41,088 nucleotides of DNA. Source: Candidatus Woesearchaeota archaeon (GTDB taxonomy: Archaea > Nanobdellota > Nanobdellia > Woesearchaeales > JACPBO01). Under the pieces are notes generated by a model that saw nothing but the letters and a program-made list of their open reading frames with translations, was not told where the DNA came from and made no database searches. The stretch is taken from NCBI GenBank assembly GCA_016180285.1, contig JACPBO010000010.1, positions 1-41,088 on the forward strand, given 5' to 3'. Made by a program: the position numbers and the translations under genes. Shown one piece after another: positions 18,355 through 29,300 of the stretch (position 1 is the stretch's first letter; each line of letters begins with the position of its first letter).

Positions 18355-19668
18355 ATGCCAAGGAAGAAACCGGAAGAATCTGAAAAAACTGAAGAAAAAG
18401 GGGAAATTAAAATAAAAGAGCAGAAAGAATCAAAAGAAGAAAAAGTGCAGCCGGAAATAAATATAGGCATGGTCGGGCATGTTGACCACGGCAAAACAAC
18501 TTTAACAATGGCCCTGACAGGCAAATGGACTGACACTCATTCTGAGGAGATCAAAAAAGGGATAACTATAAGATTAGGCTATGCTGATGCATCATTCTAT
18601 AAATGCGATAATTGCGAAGGAACAGATGCTTACACAACGCAGCCAGCCTGCAAGAAATGCAATGGCAAGGCAGAGTTTTTGAGAAAGGTCAGCTTTGTTG
18701 ATGCCCCTGGCCATGAATCCTTGATGGCAACAATGCTTTCCGGAGCAACAATTATGGACGGCGCTTTGCTGCTTGTTGCTGCGAATGAGGAATGCCCGCA
18801 GCCGCAGACAAGAGAGCATTTGATGGCGCTGGAAATTATCGGCATCAATAAGGTTGTTGTTGTGCAGAACAAGGTGGATACTGTTTCAAGGGAAGGCGCA
18901 GTCCAGAATTATGAGCAGATAAAGAAGTTTTTGGGAAATACAAAGTTCAAAGATGCGCCGATAATACCTATAAGCGCGCAGCACAGAGTCAATATCGGAG
19001 CATTAATAGATGCAATACAGAAAGTTATAACAACTCCTGCAAGAGATCCTAATAAAGAGCCCATTATGTTTGTCGCAAGGTCATTTGACATAAACAAGCC
19101 GGGCGATCTGCCTGAGAAGCTTATCGGCGGGGTTTTAGGCGGATCATTGAAGCAAGGCATGCTTAAAGTCAATGATGAAATAGAGATAAAGCCAGGTTAT
19201 GAAGTGACAGAGGCAAATAAAAAAATCTGGAAGCCGTTAAAGACAAAGATAGTTGGCTTGGTGACTGGCTCTGAAAAAGTAAATGATGTAAAGCCAGGCG
19301 GCTCGATCGGGGTGCTTACTTTATTAGACCCTTCCATTATAAAAGCAGATTCCCTGGGCGGCGCAATAGTTGGCTTTCCTGGAAAGCTGCCTGATGTCTG
19401 GTATAACCTTAACTTAGAAACACATCTGCTTGAAAGGGTTGTTGGATCCAGAGAAGAATTAAATGTGGAGCCCATAAAACTGGGTGAATCATTAATGCTT
19501 AATGTAAACTCAGCAGCAACTGTCGGCATTGTCACAAAGATCGGCAAAAACAAGGCAGAGTGCAGGCTGAAGCTGCCAGTATGCGCTGAAAAAGGGTCGA
19601 GGGTTACGATCTCCAGATTGATCAAGACAAGGTTCAGGCTAATAGGATATGGGATAATAAAGGAATAA
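18355..19668 (+). CDS. eif2g: Translation initiation factor aIF-2 gamma subunit
   Basis: QPEINIGMVGHVDHGKTT, GITIRLGYA, Zn knuckle, DAPGHESLMATMLSGA, QNKVD, RFRLIGYG. Confidence 0.97.
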   Translation: MPRKKPEESEKTEEKGEIKIKEQKESKEEKVQPEINIGMVGHVDHGKTTLTMALTGKWTDTHSEEIKKGITIRLGYADASFYKCDNCEGTDAYTTQPACKKCNGKAEFLRKVSFVDAPGHESLMATMLSGATIMDGALLLVAANEECPQPQTREHLMALEIIGINKVVVVQNKVDTVSREGAVQNYEQIKKFLGNTKFKDAPIIPISAQHRVNIGALIDAIQKVITTPARDPNKEPIMFVARSFDINKPGDLPEKLIGGVLGGSLKQGMLKVNDEIEIKPGYEVTEANKKIWKPLKTKIVGLVTGSEKVNDVKPGGSIGVLTLLDPSIIKADSLGGAIVGFPGKLPDVWYNLNLETHLLERVVGSREELNVEPIKLGESLMLNVNSAATVGIVTKIGKNKAECRLKLPVCAEKGSRVTISRLIKTRFRLIGYGIIKE

Positions 19669-19763
19669 CGGATTAAACCCATAGAAAGCTTTATAAATTA
19701 GTTATTTCAATACAGCTGTATTGCATATTTTATACATATATGTCGTTAAAAAGAGGTGTGAAG

Positions 19764-20300
19764 ATGAGGATGAATAAAAAAGGCGCTTTGGAGCTTTCTA
19801 TAAATGCGATTGTGATCTTGATTCTTGCAATAACAATGCTTGGCTTAGGCCTTGGATTCATGAAAAAGACATTTGGAGGCGTTACATCCCAGTTCGGAGA
19901 GGTTTCTGACCAAATAAAAAAGGAAATGATTGACAGGATTAAGGATTCCACAAGCAAGGTAATGCTGAATGTTTATGAAATTGAGATGAAACGAAGCGAG
20001 GAAAAGAGCATTTTTCTTGCGATAAAAAATGATCTGCAAGATGACACCCTTGTTGAGTTCAGCATAGCCATTAAAACCGACGACTGTAAAACGATAGCCG
20101 GAACTGCTTGTGAAGGAGATGTTACAGTATCAACCTTTTCTACTAAAAAAGTGCAGCCTGGTGAAGTTGAAGTCATCCCGATGAAGGTGAAAGTAAGTTC
20201 AGGAGCTGAGCCAACTACCTATTTGATTCCGATTGAAGTAACGCCGCCAGGGGCAGGTAGCCAGCCACAGACAGTTGACCTTTACGTAACAGTCAAATGA
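19764..20300 (+). CDS. Class III signal peptide (archaeal pilin-like) protein
   Basis: NKKG|ALELSINAIVILILAITMLGLG prepilin-type N-terminus followed by a beta-rich Ig-like domain. Confidence 0.8.
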   Translation: MRMNKKGALELSINAIVILILAITMLGLGLGFMKKTFGGVTSQFGEVSDQIKKEMIDRIKDSTSKVMLNVYEIEMKRSEEKSIFLAIKNDLQDDTLVEFSIAIKTDDCKTIAGTACEGDVTVSTFSTKKVQPGEVEVIPMKVKVSSGAEPTTYLIPIEVTPPGAGSQPQTVDLYVTVK

Positions 20301-20307
20301 GGCCAAG

Positions 20308-20529
20308 ATGAAAATCAAAAGAAGGCTAACTCAGGCAGAAGAATTCGAGATCATGAAGATCACATTTGACAAGTTTCTGTGGGTTGGCGTGATTATCATG
20401 CTGTTTGGCCTGTATCAATTATTCCAGCAGGCAGCGATCAACCCGATCTATATCATTTTAATCGGAGCAGTGATCCTTGTGATTTTCATGGCAATAATAG
20501 CCAAGGAATATGAAATCAAAAGGGTTTGA
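20308..20529 (+). CDS. Small two-TM membrane protein
   Basis: EEFEIMKITFDKFLW followed by two hydrophobic helices; closely follows the upstream gene. Confidence 0.75.
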   Translation: MKIKRRLTQAEEFEIMKITFDKFLWVGVIIMLFGLYQLFQQAAINPIYIILIGAVILVIFMAIIAKEYEIKRV

Positions 20530-20574
20530 TTTTTGTTTTTTAATCTTTATATGATTTTAATAAAGGGACAATAA

Positions 20575-21960
20575 ATGAAAAAAAGTCATTATTTGTTTTT
20601 GACATCTATAATTATTCTTGTTTTTTTAATAAGCGCCTGCGGAAAAAGCAATGTTGAAAAATGCAAATCAGTTTCTGACTGCGCAGCAAAAACATGCTAT
20701 GACGCAAGCTGCGTTAAGGGAAAATGCAGCTATATTGCTGAAATGAACTGCTGCGGAAACAAAATAAAGGAATCCGGGGAAAATGAATGCGGCTGCCCTG
20801 CAGATTACGGCCAGTGCTCGGCAAAATCAAAGTCAGGCATAACATATGCGTGCGATAAAAAGGATGAATGCGTTCCCCAAAAAATATCACAGACATTTTC
20901 TTCAGAAAAAGATGTTGGGAAATTCAAGCTCCAGCTGAGCACAACAATAGACAAGCCATTCGATACAAGACGCTCCGCCCTTGGATTAAGCATAATGCTT
21001 GCGCAAGCTGATGCTGGCGTGACGGATATAAAAATAAACAAAATAATGGTTGAAACATCAATGGGCAGCTCGAATATTTTATTGAGCGAAAAGCCAATTG
21101 AAAGAATGCTGTGGAAAATAAATGACGCAATAAGCGAAGTCATTGTGATTGATTATGATTTTGGCGCTGATAAGGCGGACAAGCGAATATCATTGAGAAT
21201 ATTTTATGAGTATAAAGAAAAAGGAGTGAGCAGCAGCGGAAGCTATGTCGAGCAGATAAAAACAGATGTAACGTTTGTAAAAGGGCCTGAAGCTTCATGC
21301 CCGGATTCCTGCGATGACGGCAACAGGTGCACAAATGATTACTGCAATGAACAAACAAATAATTTCTGCAGGCATGACATAATAGCTGACTGCAACGGCA
21401 ACTGGATCTGTGAAGAAGGGGAAACGAAATGCAATGCTCCGGCAGACTGCGGGCCTTGCGAAGGAGATGTTGGAAATTACATGCAATACGGCTGTTTTGA
21501 AGACAAATGCAAAACTGCAGTGAAGGAGGGGATTCAATTATCCAAGCTTTACCCGAATACAAAAACAGCATCTTACTTCACATTGGACTTTGACGTTTCC
21601 CTTGAGCAACCGCTTAATATCAAGAACAATACAGTTAAAATTGACTTTACGTTGAGCAAATTTGATGAAAAAAATGCTGTTTTGCCACTAACTATCAATA
21701 AAGTGCAAATAAATGATAAAACAGTTGTCCTTGGCCAAGAGACCGGTAATTTAATTTTCCCAACTGTCGGCTATAAAAACAGCATTGAGATACCGGTAAG
21801 CAGCTATGAATTTGACGGCTATCAAAAAGATATTTACCTTAATATAAAAATAGACTATGAATTCGGAAAAACCAGCTATGGAGCAACAACCACTTATGCA
21901 GATTCATTCGAACAGGCGTTAAAAGAAAAAGTAACCGTTATAAAGCCAGATGTCAGTTAA
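20575..21960 (+). CDS. Cys-rich lipoprotein with internal two-module duplication
   Basis: ISAC lipobox; CCGNKIKESGENECGCPADY and CDDGNRCTNDYC...CNGNWICEEGETKCNAPADC blocks, each followed by a similar beta domain. Confidence 0.75.
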   Translation: MKKSHYLFLTSIIILVFLISACGKSNVEKCKSVSDCAAKTCYDASCVKGKCSYIAEMNCCGNKIKESGENECGCPADYGQCSAKSKSGITYACDKKDECVPQKISQTFSSEKDVGKFKLQLSTTIDKPFDTRRSALGLSIMLAQADAGVTDIKINKIMVETSMGSSNILLSEKPIERMLWKINDAISEVIVIDYDFGADKADKRISLRIFYEYKEKGVSSSGSYVEQIKTDVTFVKGPEASCPDSCDDGNRCTNDYCNEQTNNFCRHDIIADCNGNWICEEGETKCNAPADCGPCEGDVGNYMQYGCFEDKCKTAVKEGIQLSKLYPNTKTASYFTLDFDVSLEQPLNIKNNTVKIDFTLSKFDEKNAVLPLTINKVQINDKTVVLGQETGNLIFPTVGYKNSIEIPVSSYEFDGYQKDIYLNIKIDYEFGKTSYGATTTYADSFEQALKEKVTVIKPDVS

Positions 21961-22531
21961 AAACAAGAAAGGCATGGAGTTGAGCATAAATTTCATAGTG
22001 ATGCTTATCCTGGCCATAGTTGTTTTCGGGCTTGCAGTAACATTGACATACAGGTTTATGCAGCAGGCCTATGCAACGCAGAAAGATCTTGACCAGCAGA
22101 CAAGAGCGCAGATACTTGATGCTCTTGACACAGGGTCAAAGGTTGCTGTTATTCCGAATTCCATCAATGTACGGGCTGGGAAGAGCGATGTTGCCGGGAT
22201 TGGAATAAGGAATATTCTGGATTCTGGCGATACATTCAGCATAAGCGTTAAATGGGATGCTGCTATTGATGAAAAAGGAGAAACAATTTCAACTGCGACA
22301 GAAGCTACAACTAAATGGTTTGTTTACCCAACAACAAAAACAATTAAAAAATTTGAAAGAGACATTGCAAGGGTTGCATTCAACATACCTGGCGGAGCTA
22401 AGGCTGGAACTTATATTTATAATGTGATGGTTTGCACAGGAGCAAATTGCGATGCTAGCGGAGGAGCGGCAAATGCCCAATCGCAAGCTTATGACCAGCA
22501 GATCCACAAGATTTACGTTTATGTTTCTTAA
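21950..22531 (+). CDS. Class III signal peptide (archaeal pilin-like) protein, paralogue of 19764..20300
   Basis: NKKG|MELSINFIVMLILAIVVFGL; C-terminal GTYIYNV...KIYVYVS. Confidence 0.8.
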   Translation: MSVKNKKGMELSINFIVMLILAIVVFGLAVTLTYRFMQQAYATQKDLDQQTRAQILDALDTGSKVAVIPNSINVRAGKSDVAGIGIRNILDSGDTFSISVKWDAAIDEKGETISTATEATTKWFVYPTTKTIKKFERDIARVAFNIPGGAKAGTYIYNVMVCTGANCDASGGAANAQSQAYDQQIHKIYVYVS

Positions 22532-22608
22532 ATCAACTACAAATGAACTACTAAAAAGTAATTACAAAATAGAAAGATTTAAATATTTCAAGTGCCATAA
22601 TAAGCGCT

Positions 22609-22971
22609 ATGGGAGAAAGGCTTGAAAGAATAGTGGAAGGAGCATATGCTTTTCTGCCGGTAATAGGCAGCGTTGCAGTCGCAGCAAAATACCCTGCAGG
22701 AAATTTCACAGGCAAATATTTGATCGAAACTGCATTTCCTTTTGGAGCATATTTTTTAACCGAATTGATCTCCCCATATTATGGCGCTTCATTTAAGAAT
22801 AGGGGAAGATTTGTTGCAGGATTTCTCCTTTCCTTATTTTACGGCATTGAGATCGCGCAAGCATTCAGCGGGTTTTTTGGAAAATTTGATCCCAATGATT
22901 TTGTTGCTTATACAGCAGGCATGTGCTTGGCGTTAGCTGCGGATAAGCTAACATTCGGAAGAAATCCGTAA
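22609..22971 (+). CDS. Small membrane protein, VanZ/DUF2809-like
   Basis: IEIAQ...GKFDPNDFVAYTAG motif, four hydrophobic segments; own TATA box GAAAGATTTAAATA. Confidence 0.6.
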   Translation: MGERLERIVEGAYAFLPVIGSVAVAAKYPAGNFTGKYLIETAFPFGAYFLTELISPYYGASFKNRGRFVAGFLLSLFYGIEIAQAFSGFFGKFDPNDFVAYTAGMCLALAADKLTFGRNP

Positions 22972-23016
22972 TTGCCATTTTTGCTTATTTTATTTTACAT
23001 TCTCCTATGAGGATTA

Positions 23017-23964
23017 TTAATTCTTAGTGAGTTCGTTCTTTGCAGAAGATAAGGCATCACATCGTAGTTTCTGTCTGGATCCAAGTTCATATTGTTTATC
23101 AAACAGATGATCCATTTTATTTTCTAATAAGCTGCCTGATTTGTTTGATGTATTTGGAAGAAATTTTAAATTGCCTTTGTAAGGGGCTCTGTATATGTCC
23201 CACTGCTCATGACCTATCCATCCATTTTTTCCGTAATAACCAACAAGAAGTTCAATAATATTGCCTTCATTATCCGTTCTAAAGTCATTTACTTCCAATA
23301 GACATTTATTTTGCGCTATAGCTTCTAGTTGGTCTTCATTTATTCCTAATCCATTCCATAATTCCTTTTTAAGTTCCTGAATCGTATATTGTTTTCTTGC
23401 AATGATGGATGGAAAAGCACTAATCTCCTTTTTATCCCCATTTAATGAAACTTCGTATATATGATTACCCGACTTATATGATTCTGTGGTAACATAAAAT
23501 TTATCTCTAAAAGAACCTTCCAAAAAAACATAAGCCTCGAACTGTTCGGGTATAAATATTAGCTTATGACTTCCATCAGCAGGGTCAACTAGGCTAATGC
23601 ATAGTTTGTGTCTTGTCTCATTAGGCATAAGGGAATAAACAGGTACAAGAATTTTTCCATTGTCCAACTGGCGCAGATTATTTCTGCCACCAAAGAAATT
23701 ATCTATAATCTCATCACCTAAATCTATTTTTATTGGAGCTTTATCGCCAATATAAATTTCTTGAGAACCAGAACCCATTTTCCTGCTTGTGTAAGCAACA
23801 CTGTCTCCTAAGAAAGCTGCAAGCCATTCGGCTTTTGTATCATTTGTTAATTTTACAGCATTGTACTTTTCAACTAATCTATTTTTAGCTGTGCACCCTG
23901 TTGTTAGGTATGTTAGATAAGATACCATTAAAGCAATATAAAGTGCCTTGGTTTTTTTATCCAT
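23017..23964 (-). CDS. Hypothetical lipoprotein
   Basis: N-terminal hydrophobic stretch ending TTGC; beta-rich body; AGGAG RBS. Confidence 0.65.
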   Translation of the reverse strand: MDKKTKALYIALMVSYLTYLTTGCTAKNRLVEKYNAVKLTNDTKAEWLAAFLGDSVAYTSRKMGSGSQEIYIGDKAPIKIDLGDEIIDNFFGGRNNLRQLDNGKILVPVYSLMPNETRHKLCISLVDPADGSHKLIFIPEQFEAYVFLEGSFRDKFYVTTESYKSGNHIYEVSLNGDKKEISAFPSIIARKQYTIQELKKELWNGLGINEDQLEAIAQNKCLLEVNDFRTDNEGNIIELLVGYYGKNGWIGHEQWDIYRAPYKGNLKFLPNTSNKSGSLLENKMDHLFDKQYELGSRQKLRCDALSSAKNELTKN

Positions 23965-23985
23965 TTTATTCTTCTCCTTAATTTA

Positions 23986-24023
23986 TCAAGAACCACCTAT
24001 CAGATATGGGTGTAATGCTGCTG
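23986..24023 (+). repeat. Partial diverged copy of the trxB palindromic element (left arm)
   Basis: Hand alignment to 12609-12644 gives 31/36 identities plus a 2-nt gap, starting with identical TCAAGAACCAC. Confidence 0.75.
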
Positions 24024-25694
24024 TCATTTCCTCTGATCATGCGGCACTAGAACAGCAGCTGATGTTATGGCATTATTTCCGGCGTTATCAGCTGATTCGA
24101 CAGTTATTGTATAATTCCTGCCGTCATTGTCGTTGCCATCTCTCCATGCTATCAGCTTTATCGAGGTATTAAATCCATTTACAGTATTTTTAACTTCATT
24201 ATACTCATCAATTAATTTGAAGCTGTTAATTTTAACGCCGCTTAAGGAATCAACAGCATAGCCATTTACCTTAACGCTCACTTCTTTATGGTCCGGAGGC
24301 CATATTTGATTTGGATTTAATGCCAAGCTTAACTCTGGCGGTGTTTTATCTATTTTTATTATTGTTTCTTTTGCTTCTTCTTTGTTGCCCGCATTATCTA
24401 CACTGTAATATTTCAAATACGCTATGCCCTCTGCTGTTATTGATATTGGCTCTTTATAGCTGATGTTTGGAACGCAAGCATAATTTCCAATGCAGTATAA
24501 TGTTTCTTTCACTCCGGATAAATCATCTGTGGCGCTTAAATTGATCACAGCATTTTTATTAACCCATGTGTTATTGTATTTATAATCATCCTTTGTGACA
24601 GGGGGCTCTGTATCTATCGCCATAATGACAGCATATACGCCTAAGTGGCCAATATGCGCGGTTAACTCATTTTTCTCTTTATTTATTGAAGCATTTTGAG
24701 CTATCCAATTATTGTTTTCTTCATCATAAAGATAAATATCCAGCCTATCTTCATTTATTGCCGGATCTTCATCATAACCTATAGTTATGGCTGAGGGAAG
24801 CGCAAATGCAAGTTCTTGGGGTATAAGCCTATAAACAACAAGGATATTATTTTCACTATTGATGTAAAGAGATGTATCTTCTTTCATAATTGTTATAATT
24901 GTACCGGAGAGAGCATTGTTTGTTGTAACAATAGTGCCGCTTCCTTTTAATGCATCAGGCGGGACATCTAGCTCTATGAAGGACCCTCTTAAGATTATAG
25001 AGCATCCTGGAGCTCCGCAAAGCGCTGATGTCGCAAGAGTTCCCGAACCAGCAGCTCCGCCTGTTCCTCCACCGGAACCGCCTCCAGCTGGCCCGCCAGC
25101 AGTTCCGCAGTCAACAGAGCTAAGCGGAGCAGGGGGATCCCATCTGGCATTCTCTAAACCATGGCAAACAAGGCGATAGTTTGGTTTATCATAGGCAAGA
25201 TGTGTAATGGTCCAGGACCATGGAGGGTCCCAGCGTTCATACCCACACCCAGGCTCGCCATCAGGATCAACGCATTTATATTTATTGCCATCCTGGGGCG
25301 GAGTATAAATAGGAGTCTCTGGCCACTTCTCAAAAGTCGGTTCAGTAGTGCAATCGCCAGTATAAAATTTTCTTATATTGCCATTGCAGTCGCAATAATA
25401 GCTCTGGTAAGAAACATCATTATTGTATGCCATCATAAATTGCGTATTGCTGCCGCCAACACGGCCCCCAACAGTTTGGGAACAGTCGCACCCGATTATC
25501 ATGTTTCCACTAACTTGATACATACTTACATGATTCTCAAAACAAAAATACTCTTGTATGCCCCCAGTGCCAAGAGCTGCGCATCCTTCATTACATCCGT
25601 TAACACTGTCGCTGCCACCGCCATTTGCCAGAGGAAGAACTACAAGAAATGCCAATAAGAACATTACTGAATAATTTATTTCCTTGTTTATCAT
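24024..25694 (-). CDS. Secreted modular protein: Cys-rich N-domain, Gly linker, ZU5-like domain, Ig-like (DTEPPVT/PPDHK-type) C-terminal domains
   Basis: Signal peptide; LDVPPDAL...FALPSAITIGYD...LDIYLYDE...W...AHIGHLGVY; INLSATDDLSGV...YYSVDNAGNKE; IWPPDHK...GRNYTITVESADNAGN. Confidence 0.75.
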   Translation of the reverse strand: MINKEINYSVMFLLAFLVVLPLANGGGSDSVNGCNEGCAALGTGGIQEYFCFENHVSMYQVSGNMIIGCDCSQTVGGRVGGSNTQFMMAYNNDVSYQSYYCDCNGNIRKFYTGDCTTEPTFEKWPETPIYTPPQDGNKYKCVDPDGEPGCGYERWDPPWSWTITHLAYDKPNYRLVCHGLENARWDPPAPLSSVDCGTAGGPAGGGSGGGTGGAAGSGTLATSALCGAPGCSIILRGSFIELDVPPDALKGSGTIVTTNNALSGTIITIMKEDTSLYINSENNILVVYRLIPQELAFALPSAITIGYDEDPAINEDRLDIYLYDEENNNWIAQNASINKEKNELTAHIGHLGVYAVIMAIDTEPPVTKDDYKYNNTWVNKNAVINLSATDDLSGVKETLYCIGNYACVPNISYKEPISITAEGIAYLKYYSVDNAGNKEEAKETIIKIDKTPPELSLALNPNQIWPPDHKEVSVKVNGYAVDSLSGVKINSFKLIDEYNEVKNTVNGFNTSIKLIAWRDGNDNDGRNYTITVESADNAGNNAITSAAVLVPHDQRK

Positions 25695-26305
25695 TTTACA
25701 TTTACCTTTGTAACTTCCGGGCTTCCATATTCTTCTTTAATTGTTTTATTTACAGAACCATAATCTGTTACTTTAATTCTAAAATATTTATCCTTGCCTT
25801 CTTTTATTGTCTTAACCCAGAATTCTTGCCCAACATGTTCTATCTTTGCCTCGGATTGCCAAACTAATTCTTCTAAAGGTGGAGGGCAATTTGATGTTTC
25901 CGTTGGAATATACGCAGGGTTAACCCCTTTCGGGATAGGAAAGATTCCAGATTCGCCTTTTTCCTTAGGCAGAACCTTAAGAGTAAGATCCTTTTCTAAA
26001 GCAAATTCTGCTAAATTTTTATTTGAAGAATCTTCAAAAAGAAAGCCGTTAAGATAGTAATTATGACCCGGTATTAATATGCCATAACAGCGCATTCCAA
26101 AAACAGATTCTGAATACGTTACATCCCTATAGTTTACTTCAACTACTACACTTCCTTCCTCATTCAGAGCACCTGTTCCGATTTTTGAGGCGTCATATAT
26201 GTCATGATGTTTTGGGCTAAGGGCTTGTTTTACAGATGGGTAGGCCGCCAAAGTAGCTAAAAGAATGCTGCTGATTACTGCTATTTTTTTAGTTGTTGCT
26301 TTCAT
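25691..26305 (-). CDS. Hypothetical exported protein
   Basis: GGAGG RBS before ATG 26305, N-terminal hydrophobic helix, ATGA overlap with the next gene. Confidence 0.7.
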   Translation of the reverse strand: MKATTKKIAVISSILLATLAAYPSVKQALSPKHHDIYDASKIGTGALNEEGSVVVEVNYRDVTYSESVFGMRCYGILIPGHNYYLNGFLFEDSSNKNLAEFALEKDLTLKVLPKEKGESGIFPIPKGVNPAYIPTETSNCPPPLEELVWQSEAKIEHVGQEFWVKTIKEGKDKYFRIKVTDYGSVNKTIKEEYGSPEVTKVNVK

Positions 26306-26309
26306 TTTA

Positions 26310-29300
26310 TTAACCTCCGCATTTTGGAGCAATTCCTATTGAATCGCTAGCTGTTGCTTCAGCGCACCTGTCCTCTATTTTTGCAATACACTTTATATTA
26401 TCCCCGTAATCAGTATATTGCTTGGGTATGGTCAACTCAACAATGCAGGTGCAGCTGGCATAATCCCAATCACAATTAGTAACATCATTCATAACGCCAT
26501 TCGGATAGCTGTTTGCCAAAGAGCCATGGCCGCCACTAATATTGTATTCCACTTCATTAGTGTATTCTGCTGCGCCACCAGAGCAATCGCCCCTTATTTC
26601 TATTCTGCACAGTAGATCGTCACAAACAGTAGGTGATGCATCGCTGTTTTTTGCCGCTATATCTGCGCTTACTGTTAGCGCATGATTTTCTGTAGGCACA
26701 GACGTATTGCTGATGAATGAAATTGAATCTTGGCTGTTTCCAGCTTCTCCATCTGCGCCTGATGGCTTGCAAGGTTTGCCGCAATATGGGCTGATTAAAG
26801 AAATCGAACAGCCTTCACCATAGTCTTTTCCTCCTTTTCCAGCTATTCCGCCTTTTCCGCCTTTTGCATTTGCAGTGCAATCAGAACAAGAGCCTGCTTC
26901 CCCTCCATCCCCGGCATTTCCACCGCTGCCAGAAATGCCAGTTTGGTGCTCGTAATAATATCCGCAAAAATTACACACATCTGTTGAACAATGCGATCCT
27001 GGCAAGCAAGACGCTGAATTTCCTGCGTTTCCGCCATCTCCAGCATCACCGCCGTTTAAACTAAATGTATTTTTGCATGAGCTTTCTTTTAATCCGCTGA
27101 TAGTTCCTGCATCGCCACCATCTCCTGCATTACTTCCAGATCCGGTATTTCCCTGGGTATCTCCTCCTTTTCCCCCGCTTCCTCCATTCCCGCCATTAAG
27201 AGAAAATTTACTGCAGCCAACGATGAGGCCATCTATAATAACAGTTCCAGCATTTCCGCCATTGCTGCCCTCTGTTCCATCTGCAGCATCCGTCATTAAA
27301 GAAGCCTCAGTACACCCTGGATATCTGCATACGCCCGCTCTGTCACTATAACAGGAGTAAGCTCCCCCGGCTCCATTCCCGCCACTGCCTCCACTGCCTC
27401 CATTTGCAGAGAACAAATAAGAGTTTATTACAGGCTTATTATCGTTGTGATTTACTTTAATATTTATAGAGCCTCCATTTCCTCCCTTGCTAGACTCTGC
27501 TGATAGCCCTGCTTTACCAGGCATGCTTGAAAAACACGAGCTTGTGAAATGTGTGAAGCAGCCGCTGCCATCAGCTGGTTTTCCTCCATTTCCGCCGTTT
27601 CCGCCATTGCCAGCATTTGCTGATAAACTTCCTGCTTTGGAATCGCACTTATATTTATCAAAATTAATATTAATTGCCCCGCCATCTCCGGCTTTTCCGG
27701 CTTTTTTTCCTGAACCACTATCTCCTCCATCATATAAAATATAATTTATAGTAAACGTGCCGCTCCACCAGAAAACTGTTTCATAGTACCTTCCGGTTGT
27801 AGGGCCTCTGCTGCCATCACCGCCTTTACCCCCTAAGCCTGCATTGCCTCCGTTAGCAATTGCTGAAACAGAAGATTTGCTTAGTTTTGCTTTAATATTT
27901 ATAGGCCCGCCATTTCCAGCATTTCCTCCAATACCTCCGTCTTTTCCATTTGGATCGCCAGAGCAACTGCATAATCCTCCATAGCAATAATTAGAGCCCT
28001 CTGTAGAGCCAACACAATCACCAGATCCTCCTGCTCCACCATCGCCGCCTCTGCCGCCATTAGAAATAAATTTGCACTCACCTTCAAGAACACCAACATC
28101 TATTGTTATTGGCTTTCCATCTTTTCCATTTGTTCCATCTACTCCAGCTGTCGGAGCAGGGCCAGAAACGCCTTTTGCGCCATTAACGCCATTATCCCCG
28201 CTCATATCAAATGCTGAGCCAGGAGCGCAATAAAGCTTTTCTTCACTAATCACAGAAAACCCTGTATGCTTTGACTTTGTCCCGTTTATTACGCCATATA
28301 ATTCAAAATCACCGGTTAAATTAAACACTAAATCGCCATCAACCACTACCTTTCCGTAGATCTTAACATTCTCAGCATTGATTATAACATTATCAACAGC
28401 CTTTAATGTAACAGTTGAATCAATCACTAAATCTTTAAAATTATAGGTTCCAGAAACTTCAGAGCTTTTTTTGATGCTGCAATCTGAAAGATTATTCTCG
28501 CTGCAGTATTGCAAAGTATTGCATTGCGTTAAATCTGTGCAGCAGTCATTTGGGTCATTATTTGGGTTCTCATAGTTAGGGTCGCAAACGCCATCTCCAA
28601 CGTAACAATCCTTGGGACAGTTTCCATTGCTTTCAGGATAATATGGCTTGTTAGCATCGCAAACTCCGTTTCCGCATGTTGCCATAAAATCAGTATAATA
28701 ATCAAAACAGCAGTATTGGCTTTGGCTGCAGTCTGGAAAACCTCCTTTCTCTCCCGTGCTGTCTATAACAACCCCGCCAAACCAGTAACTGCGCCATGAT
28801 GTTCTCCCAAAACACCAGCTATAATTCTGGCCATAGTAATTCCAGAACCATGCATAATCTGCGCAGAAATAATAATTGCCTCTGTTTAAGCATGAGCATT
28901 TAGGATAAGGGTTTTCGCAGCCATCTGCATCTGTTCCTGCGCCGTCTCCATTGCAGTCTGTATAATTTACAGGGCAGGATGAGCTTACTGTTGTGAAAGA
29001 AGAAAAGTGGGAAGCAGTAAAGGCCAGTATTCTGAGCACAGGATCGTAAGAAACATTAAAGCACGTATCTTCCGGGCATGGATTCTTGATTTCATTTCTA
29101 TTGGTTGTGAATTCATTCGTATATAATATCCTGGGTGTTTGTTTGTAATGGAGATTTTCTATTGTAATTGCGGCCGGTTCATTGAGCTCCGGCAATTCTT
29201 TGCTGTTTATAGCAATCAGATTATCATCAACATAAATATTTGGGTTTTCTTCAACATCAGTTACATCCATGCCAATATCTTTGTCAAATTTTATTTTTCC

